A stretch of DNA of 10,079 bases from contig CAXHAT010000248.1 in assembly GCA_964014485.1 (NCBI GenBank), positions 1 through 10,079 on the forward strand. Reading direction: 5' to 3'. The notes below the pieces were generated by a model. The model saw only the letters and a list, made by a program, of their open reading frames with translations. It was not told the DNA's origin and did not search any database. Shown here piece by piece: positions 1-6,151 of the stretch. How positions within the stretch are numbered: the stretch's first letter is position 1; each line of letters begins with the position of its first letter. The translations under genes and the position numbers were made by a program. The stretch is from an uncultured Deferribacteres bacterium. GTDB lineage: Bacteria; Zhuqueibacterota; Zhuqueibacteria; Zhuqueibacterales; Geothermadaptataceae.

Positions 1-440
1 CGTTTACTGGAAGCGCCAAACTGTTCTCCTGGATCGAGTACTGCGTCGAAGCCTTTGCCGCCGGTAATCAAACCGACGATCTCCGGCGTGAAATAAACGC
101 CGAGCAGCGTAATCGCGGCGAGAATGATTCCGAAAAAATTCAGCGTGCGGTTGGCCAACCGCCAGGCTGCGTCAGTGCCGTCTTCCGTTTCCGTTGCGGT
201 AAATGTGGTTATAAAAGCTTTGCTTAGAACGCCCTCGGCAAAAAGGTCGCGCAGCATGTTTGGAATGCGAAACGCCACGTTCAGGGCGTCCGCAGCGACT
301 CCGGCGGCAAAAAAGAGCGCGATGACTTTTTCACGCACCAATCCCAAAAGGCGCGAACCCATCACCGCCAAGCCGACGACTCCCGCCGATCTCACCGATT
401 CGTTTTTCTGAGAATTCTGATCCTGTTCAGGCGTATTCAT
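1..440 (-). CDS. murJ: Lipid II flippase MurJ (MviN), N-terminal part; runs off the left edge of the window
   Basis: Manual translation from ATG at 440: MNTPEQDQNSQKNESVRSAGVVGLAVMGSRLLGLVREKVIALFFAAGVAADALNVAFRIPNMLRDLFAEGVLSKAFITTF... It contains the MurJ hallmarks SRxLGxxRE and AFRIPNxxRxLFAEG. No stop occurs before base 1, so it is absent from the ORF track. Confidence 0.95.
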   Translation of the reverse strand, partial: MNTPEQDQNSQKNESVRSAGVVGLAVMGSRLLGLVREKVIALFFAAGVAADALNVAFRIPNMLRDLFAEGVLSKAFITTFTATETEDGTDAAWRLANRTLNFFGIILAAITLLGVYFTPEIVGLITGGKGFDAVLDPGEQFGASSK

Positions 441-538
441 AAAAAGGCGGGCGAAATAAATCGAAGTCTGCTAAAATGAAGGTTTCTGAGGTGACATTAT
501 TTCTATCTTGCCAATCCTGCAATCCGGGCAAATAAGCT

Positions 539-739
539 TCACTACCTGACACTTTTTACAGGCATCTGAAGCTGGCGAACAAGGCCGGATTTGTCATGCT
601 GTAAGCATCTTTTTTGATCCAACCCTTGAACTTTTGGGTATGATCTGTACTGGGCGATAACAAGGATTCCTTCAGAATGACAAAACTGGACCTTTCAACG
701 GCTCGAAAAGGCGGTTTACAAAAAAGTGTCAGGTAGAGA
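539..739. mobile_element. MITE-like non-autonomous element (~200 bp) with terminal inverted repeats and a flanking direct repeat
   Basis: Perfect 16-bp inverted repeat CTACCTGACACTTTTT (542-557) / AAAAAGTGTCAGGTAG (721-736), extending to 18/19 over 539-557 and 721-739. A 10-bp direct repeat GCAAATAAGC lies at 528-537 and 740-749. The element has no coding capacity. Confidence 0.75.
590..684. repeat. Degenerate inner inverted repeat of the GTCAT...ATGAC REP-like type, nested inside the MITE
   Basis: TTTGTCATGCTGTAAGCATCT (590-610) versus the reverse complement of 664-684, TTTGTCATTCTGAAGGAATCC: 16/21 identities. Confidence 0.5.
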
Positions 740-753
740 GCAAATAAGCCAAT

Positions 754-2196
754 CTATCCTTTGATGCAACCAAGCGGCCTGAGTTGCGCAACTTTTTTTG
801 AAATTCCGGCAACGGCGCAAGCGTCCACAACATCTGCGACGTCTTTGTAGGCTTCCGGAATCTCCTCGTCAATGGTTCTCCGCGTGGCTCCCTGAACGAC
901 AATTCCTTGCTCGCGCAATTCGGCCTGCACGTCTCTGCCGCGAGCCGTTTTTTTCGCTTTGTTGCGACTCATTGCGCGCCCTGCGCCGTGGCAAGTGCTG
1001 CCAAAAGTTTCTCGCATTGCCGTTTCAGCGCCAACGAGTACGTAGGAATAACGCCCCATGTCGCCCGGGATCAAAACCGGCTGTCCGACCGCTTGGTATG
1101 CAGCGGGGACGCCCGCCGAACCCGGCGCATACGCTCGCGTCGCCCCTTTGCGATGCACGCACACTTTTTTCGATTTGCCGTCAACTTCATGCGTTTCAAT
1201 TTTGGCGATGTTGTGCGCAACTTCGTAGACCACGCGCATCCCAATTTCTGACGGGCTTTTCCGCAGGACTTTTTCGAACGCTTTGCGCGTATTGTCGGCG
1301 ATAACTTGACGATTGGCGAAAGCGAAATTGATGGCGCAGGCCATAGCGCCAAAATATTTTTTTCCTTCCGGCGATTCAATCGGCGCACAAGCCAATTGCC
1401 GATCCGGCAGCGTAATTCCGTACTTTCGCACCGCCTTGTCCATTAAGCCCAGATAGTCGTCGCAGACTTGGTAGCCAAAGCCGCGCGATCCGCAATGGAT
1501 GATAGTTGTGATTTGATCCGGGAACAATCCCAAAGCCCGCGCGGCGTCTTCGTCGTAGATTTCAGCGACGTAGCCGACTTCCAGGAAATGGTTGCCGGAG
1601 CCTAGCGTTCCCAATTGGCCCAGCCCGCGCAGCCACGCTCTTTCCGAAATCTGATTTGGCTCAAAGCCGTCGATGCGCCCGTTTTCTTCGATATATTCGA
1701 GGTCACCGGCGTTGCCGCTCCGTTCGGCGGCCCACTCGGCGCCCTTCGCGACCACACGCTGCAGTTCTTTCTTGGAAATTTTTGTATCACCGCTCTTGCC
1801 AACGCCCGTTGGAACGCGATGAAACAATTCTTGCACAAGCTTCGGCATTCTCGGCGTAATTTCCTGCCGCGTCAGCTTCGAAGCCAAAAGACGCACGCCG
1901 CAATTAATGTCATAGCCAACGCCGCCTGGCGAAACCACACCTTCATCAAGGTCGAAAGCTGCGACGCCGCCAATCGGGAAACCGTAGCCCCAATGGATGT
2001 CCGGCATGGCCATCGAATATTTCACAATGCCGGGCAGGTGCGCAACGTTCGCCGTTTGCTCGATGGACTTATCAGCGAGAATTTTGCCCATCATTTTTTT
2101 CGTGGCGTAAACTCTCGCCGGGACGTTCATGCCGCCGGTCTGCGGTATTTCCCACAACGCTTCGGCGATCTGTTTAATTTTGAGTTCGTTTTCCAT
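754..2196 (-). CDS. rtcB: RtcB-family RNA ligase (3'-phosphate/5'-OH; tRNA-splicing ligase type)
   Basis: Conserved RtcB motifs MPDIHWGYGFPIGGV, VGYDINCGVR, GTLGSGNHFLE, HCGSRGFG, HNIAK, HRKGAT, PGDMG, STCHGAGR (guanylylated His) and EEIPEAYKDV. ATG at 2196 is preferred over TTG at 2199. Confidence 0.97.
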   Translation of the reverse strand: MENELKIKQIAEALWEIPQTGGMNVPARVYATKKMMGKILADKSIEQTANVAHLPGIVKYSMAMPDIHWGYGFPIGGVAAFDLDEGVVSPGGVGYDINCGVRLLASKLTRQEITPRMPKLVQELFHRVPTGVGKSGDTKISKKELQRVVAKGAEWAAERSGNAGDLEYIEENGRIDGFEPNQISERAWLRGLGQLGTLGSGNHFLEVGYVAEIYDEDAARALGLFPDQITTIIHCGSRGFGYQVCDDYLGLMDKAVRKYGITLPDRQLACAPIESPEGKKYFGAMACAINFAFANRQVIADNTRKAFEKVLRKSPSEIGMRVVYEVAHNIAKIETHEVDGKSKKVCVHRKGATRAYAPGSAGVPAAYQAVGQPVLIPGDMGRYSYVLVGAETAMRETFGSTCHGAGRAMSRNKAKKTARGRDVQAELREQGIVVQGATRRTIDEEIPEAYKDVADVVDACAVAGISKKVAQLRPLGCIKG

Positions 2197-2336
2197 CAAA
2201 AAGACGAGGGTTTTGAGTTATGCGGAGATGGAGCAACTTACCGGATGAGCAATGAATGAAGGTAGGTCGAAAAGCCCCCAATTGTCATGCTTTAGGAACG
2301 TATTTGAAAAGTCCCCGGCTTGCTTCGACTGCCTTA

Positions 2337-3509
2337 TCAGCGGTTTCGTTTTTGCAAGAGCGTGCGCAAGGATTGGATCTCTTTTTCAAGCCGACCTAGT
2401 CTTTTTTCAAATGAAATACTTCTCGCTGTTTTGCTCTCCGAGCCATCAAAGTCGTCTGAGGCGTACGGGATTTCAAGGAAAAGCTTACCGATGTTGCGCT
2501 GACCGACTTTTAGTGAAACGTCTTGCCGATCTTCGCTTCTAAGCACCTGAAAAGTCAGAGCGTCTCCGGGGCGTGCATTCTGGACAACGGATTTAAGGTA
2601 GTAATAACTGTCCAAACGCCTGCCCTTGCAGCCCACGACAATGTCTCCGATCATCAAACCGGCTTTCTTCGCAGGCGATCCATCATCGACGTCGATGATT
2701 TCGACTTGAATTTCGTCGCTGGTCGCCAAACGAACGGAAAGGCCGATCCAGCCGTGTTTTGCGTTGTAGCTCTGCAACAAGGAGCGGGAGACTTTGTAGA
2801 TTTCTTCAATTGGCGTCACCAAAGCGGTGTTTCCGTCATTTGCGCCACGTACGCCGGGATTTGAGGCCAGCCTGCCGGAAAGAATCCCGATCACATGGCC
2901 GTTGGCGCTCAAAACAGGGGCGCCATTTGCTCCAGGTTCAACGTGCGCCGAAATCTGGACAAAGCCGTTATTGTAGACTGCGCTGATATTTCCGAGATTC
3001 ACGGCATGAGAAACGCCAAGCGCGTTGCCGATGATGAAAATCCATGCGCCCGGGTTAATCGTAGCGGGCCGCGCCGCTGGAAGCGTTGAAAGTACAGGAG
3101 AATCGATCCGCAGCAAAGCTACGCCGGTTTTGTCATCGATGCCGATTAAGTCGGCACGCGTTTCATCGCCGTTCCAAAAACGGGCGCGAATTTCCTCCGC
3201 TTCAGAAACTACGCTTGCACGCGTCGCAATATAGCCTTCTTCGTTTAGATATAACCCGGAACCGACGTACGTGTAGTGGTCAGAGCCGGGGGCGTTTCCG
3301 AGATTTTTGCTGCCTTTCTCCGGCGCCTTTTTGAGCGCCACGGATGCGAGAATCGTTACAACGGCCGGTCGCGCTTCTTCCACAATCTGCGTGATTTCTT
3401 CTTCAAGCTCGGAAAGATGCGTCTGTTGCGCCGTTGCGGAAGACGAGCACCAAAAAAGCAACCCGACGCAGACTCCCCACATGAGCAAAATCGAACGATT
3501 TGGCTTCAT
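2337..3509 (-). CDS. HtrA/DegP-like (S1C trypsin + single PDZ) secreted protein, predicted catalytically inactive, with a C-terminal coiled coil
   Basis: Signal peptide MKPNRSILLMWGVCVGLLFWCSSSATA|QQ. S1C scaffold motifs ARPAVVTI, GSG...GYIAT, IIGNALG, G.VIGI. PDZ motifs GWIGLSV and VDDGSPAKKAGLMIGDIVV. The triad motifs read TRASVV, DDKTGVAL and EPGANGAP. Start placed at ATG 3509 (preceded by AGGT) rather than GTG 3536. Confidence 0.88.
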   Translation of the reverse strand: MKPNRSILLMWGVCVGLLFWCSSSATAQQTHLSELEEEITQIVEEARPAVVTILASVALKKAPEKGSKNLGNAPGSDHYTYVGSGLYLNEEGYIATRASVVSEAEEIRARFWNGDETRADLIGIDDKTGVALLRIDSPVLSTLPAARPATINPGAWIFIIGNALGVSHAVNLGNISAVYNNGFVQISAHVEPGANGAPVLSANGHVIGILSGRLASNPGVRGANDGNTALVTPIEEIYKVSRSLLQSYNAKHGWIGLSVRLATSDEIQVEIIDVDDGSPAKKAGLMIGDIVVGCKGRRLDSYYYLKSVVQNARPGDALTFQVLRSEDRQDVSLKVGQRNIGKLFLEIPYASDDFDGSESKTARSISFEKRLGRLEKEIQSLRTLLQKRNR

Positions 3510-3536
3510 TGGTCTACCTAAGTTTGTCAAGAGCAC

Positions 3537-4160
3537 TTAGAAAGAGAGCACTTGTGAAGTTGCAAGCCCAGTGGTTTCCGTTTGTACGGGAGCTGTTTTA
3601 CCGGCTTTGATCGAATCAGTCCTGTTCGGCGTAACAACAACAATCATCGAATGCTTTTCGCCTTCTGATTTTTTTGCAGGCGAGGCTTGTTCAGCCGATT
3701 CATGAGGCGCTTCTACAACATCAAGCGTAAACACAAAGTCACCAGATTGAAAGCTTGGCGTCGCTTCGATCATGTGTTCCGAGAACTTTGGCTGCGGCAA
3801 AGCAGAAGTCTGTTTTGCCAGATCACTAGAGCGCAGAGCAAAAATAAGCAGGACAATGGCAGCCAACGAAAAGCCATACGCCGGGACGCCGCGAAATCGT
3901 CCAAAATCGAAGCGCCACGAGCGGCGACCGATATTTTTGCTCATTTGGATGCGGGCGCGCAACACGGATTCAAAATCCGGGCGCGTTTGAACGGAAGGAA
4001 GTTTTTTAAGGTGTAATCGCAGCGATTCAAGCCGCCGAATCTGCATTCGACAACGTTCGCAATCATTCAAGTGGGATTGAAACGAACGCCTTTCATCTTC
4101 GGGCATTTCCTTTTCAAGAAAGCTCGAAGCGCGTTCATCGAACTCGTGGCAATTTTCCAT
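3537..4160 (-). CDS. Zinc-binding (ZAS / zf-HC2) transmembrane anti-sigma factor
   Basis: N-terminal Cys4 plus HLNDCERC (HxxxCxxC), a single hydrophobic helix (AYGFSLAAIVLLIFAL), a polar extracytoplasmic tail, and position directly downstream of an ECF sigma gene. Confidence 0.9.
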   Translation of the reverse strand: MENCHEFDERASSFLEKEMPEDERRSFQSHLNDCERCRMQIRRLESLRLHLKKLPSVQTRPDFESVLRARIQMSKNIGRRSWRFDFGRFRGVPAYGFSLAAIVLLIFALRSSDLAKQTSALPQPKFSEHMIEATPSFQSGDFVFTLDVVEAPHESAEQASPAKKSEGEKHSMIVVVTPNRTDSIKAGKTAPVQTETTGLATSQVLSF

Positions 4161-4361
4161 AATTCTTTATACCTGTAGCAAATTGTTAAGAGCGGGACTC
4201 CTGGTCTATATATTGAAAAAGTGTGGTAATCCTAAAAATCGTATTGATTGGTCATTATCAGAAAATTCTTCGAATCGACGGTGAAAATCGTTTCAAAACT
4301 TGCGAATATCGTGTTAAAAACTGATCGCGGCGTAACCATTATTCAGTTTTCAAATACTCTC

Positions 4362-4961
4362 TCAATCTTCCAAATTCAGGTGTTTTGTCAGAGCCGTCTG
4401 CAGTCGCAGTCTTGCACGATTGACGCGCGATTTTACCGTACCTAAAGGAATTCGTAAAATCTGGCTGATTTCGTCATACGATAATTCCTGAATATCGCGT
4501 AAAACAATGACTTCTCTAAACTTGGGGGATAGCTTGTCAATCTCCTGCTGGATCACATTTTCATGCAAAACTGTGTCAACGTGCGCTTCCGGGTTGAAGG
4601 CGTTGTCGGCGACTTCATAATCCTTGTCTTCCACGCCCATATTGCTCAAAGAAAACAGCTTTCGTCGCTTCCGTTTGCGCAGTTCGGTGCGCGCCAAATT
4701 ACCGGCTATCGTATAAATCCAGGTGGAAAATTTCGCAATTCTGCGATAAGCATGGCGGTTTCTATAGACGCGCAAAAACGTCTCTTGCAATATATCCTCG
4801 GACTGCTCTGAGTCGTTTAAAAACCGATAGATAAAATTCAGCAGTTGATCTTTGTATCGGCTGACGATCTCGTCGAACGCTCGAACGTCGCCTTGCTGAA
4901 AACGCTCGATCAACTCTTCATCGCTCAGCGGCTGACTATCGTTTTGCAATGATTTGGGCAT
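4362..4961 (-). CDS. ECF-subfamily sigma-70 factor (RpoE/SigW-like)
   Basis: Region 2: SDEELIERFQQGDVRAFDEIV...EDILQETFLRVY...KFSTWIYTIAGN. Region 4: LSPKFREVIVLRDIQELSYDEISQILRIPLGTVKSRVNRAR. 199 aa, with AAGGA 7 nt before the ATG. Confidence 0.96.
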   Translation of the reverse strand: MPKSLQNDSQPLSDEELIERFQQGDVRAFDEIVSRYKDQLLNFIYRFLNDSEQSEDILQETFLRVYRNRHAYRRIAKFSTWIYTIAGNLARTELRKRKRRKLFSLSNMGVEDKDYEVADNAFNPEAHVDTVLHENVIQQEIDKLSPKFREVIVLRDIQELSYDEISQILRIPLGTVKSRVNRARLRLQTALTKHLNLED

Positions 4962-4975
4962 CCAAATTCCTTGTG

Positions 4976-5004
4976 CTTGAACCTGTGGTCATCTCGAAAG
5001 TTCC
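4976..5004 (-). promoter_or_regulatory. Putative ECF (sigmaE-type) autoregulatory promoter
   Basis: The minus strand reads GGAACTT-N15-GTTCAAG in the 51-bp holA/sigma gap, close to the E. coli sigmaE consensus GGAACTT...GTCNAA. Confidence 0.55.
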
Positions 5005-5012
5005 GCGTCGGA

Positions 5013-6041
5013 TCAGGTATTTTTATTGCCAAACGGTAGCCTGTTTGCCGGATAACCTCTCACGATATGGATGAACAAAAGTTGAACGAGCATGGACTGG
5101 TCAACGGAAAAAGTTTTGAGCGCAAAATCGACGTGGCGGATGTTCTCCAGTGCATTCTCAAGCATCCCAATTGTATATTTTTGCTTAAAACGATGCAGGT
5201 CTTTCACAAAGAAAACATGGGTGCGGGTGAGCTTCGCCAATTCACTGTCGTTTTGGCCTCCCGGCTTAAACCCGGTCGCGATCATTAAGTTCGTGAAAAA
5301 TCGTGTTAACTGAAACAGAATCGTTTGCGGAGGAGCCGCGGACTGCAACTGATCATAAATATCAAGCGCCAGTTTCAAGTTCTTCTCACCCAAGGCGTTT
5401 TGCAGCGCAAAGATGGAATACTCTTTTCGAAATCCCGCCACGGCCGCCACATCCTGGCTCGTAATTTCGCTTTGATCGCCCAGGTAAATCAAAAGCTTGT
5501 CGATTTCATTTGAGACTTCCTGCAAATTGGTTCCAACCTGCATTGCTAAGGACGCCGCTGCGTCTCGAGCGATATTCTTGCCTCTGTTGCGCACTTCTTC
5601 TTCAATCCACGGCGCTATTCGATTTTCATACAATGGCTTGCACTCGATGAATTTCCCCGCTTTTTTGAAGGCGTCTAATCCTTTCTGTCGCAAATCGCCC
5701 GTGCGCGCGACGACCACAAAGATTGTCGTTGGATTTGGCTTCTTGGCGTATTCCAGAATCTGCTTGACTTCTGCAGCGGGCATTTTCTGAATATCTTTGA
5801 CCACAACCACTCGCCGTTCAGCCATCATGGGAAAAGATCGGGCGATTGAAATCACTTTTGCCGCTTTTGTATCCGGGCCGTAGAGAACATCGAGGTTAAA
5901 ATCTCGCATGTCCTCCGGCGCACCAATTTCCAGGATGTTCTTCAAATGACGCTCAATCAGGAAATTTTCGGCGCCGGCCAAGTAAATGACCGGTGACAGA
6001 TCAGCGGCTTTTTTGAAAATTGCGCTTGAGATGGCAGCCAT
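5013..6041 (-). CDS. holA: DNA polymerase III delta subunit
   Basis: SPVIYLAGAENFLI, FNLDVLYG, ARSFPMMAERRVVVVK, VGTNLQEVSNEIDKLLIY, IT..DV, SIFALQNAL. 342 aa is typical of HolA. Confidence 0.93.
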   Translation of the reverse strand: MAAISSAIFKKAADLSPVIYLAGAENFLIERHLKNILEIGAPEDMRDFNLDVLYGPDTKAAKVISIARSFPMMAERRVVVVKDIQKMPAAEVKQILEYAKKPNPTTIFVVVARTGDLRQKGLDAFKKAGKFIECKPLYENRIAPWIEEEVRNRGKNIARDAAASLAMQVGTNLQEVSNEIDKLLIYLGDQSEITSQDVAAVAGFRKEYSIFALQNALGEKNLKLALDIYDQLQSAAPPQTILFQLTRFFTNLMIATGFKPGGQNDSELAKLTRTHVFFVKDLHRFKQKYTIGMLENALENIRHVDFALKTFSVDQSMLVQLLFIHIVRGYPANRLPFGNKNT

Positions 6042-6046
6042 ATAAA

Positions 6047-6151
6047 TTACTTTTCTTTTTCTTTATTCATGGCGAGCTTGAGCGTATAGGCGAATCCGCC
6101 CCAAACGCCGCCGAGAATAATGATCATCATAATGATTGCGCCTGTACTCAT
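6047..6151 (-). CDS. MetS-type small subunit of an NSS amino-acid transporter (34 aa, single TM)
   Basis: Manual translation MSTGAIIMMIIILGGVWGGFAYTLKLAMNKEKEK*. The ATG overlaps the transporter stop codon (ATGA, 6148-6151). The hydrophobic helix carries the (V/I)WGG motif of MetS-like subunits and is followed by a charged tail. Too short for the ORF track. Confidence 0.85.
   Translation of the reverse strand: MSTGAIIMMIIILGGVWGGFAYTLKLAMNKEKEK

Noticed and set aside
124..411. 95-aa plus-strand ORF
   Set aside because: Antisense shadow of the clearly recognisable murJ frame.
798..2259. Plus-strand ORFs 798-1304, 907-1251, 1615-2259, 1656-1859 and alternate-frame minus ORFs 1071-1388, 1602-1838
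   Set aside because: They overlap rtcB, have no recognisable motifs and show composition typical of shadow frames.
2300..4357. 11-bp inverted match GTATTTGAAAA (2300-2310) / TTTTCAAATAC (4347-4357) bracketing the anti-sigma and pseudoprotease as a composite element
   Set aside because: An 11-bp AT-rich match is expected by chance in 10 kb; no transposase or target duplication was seen.
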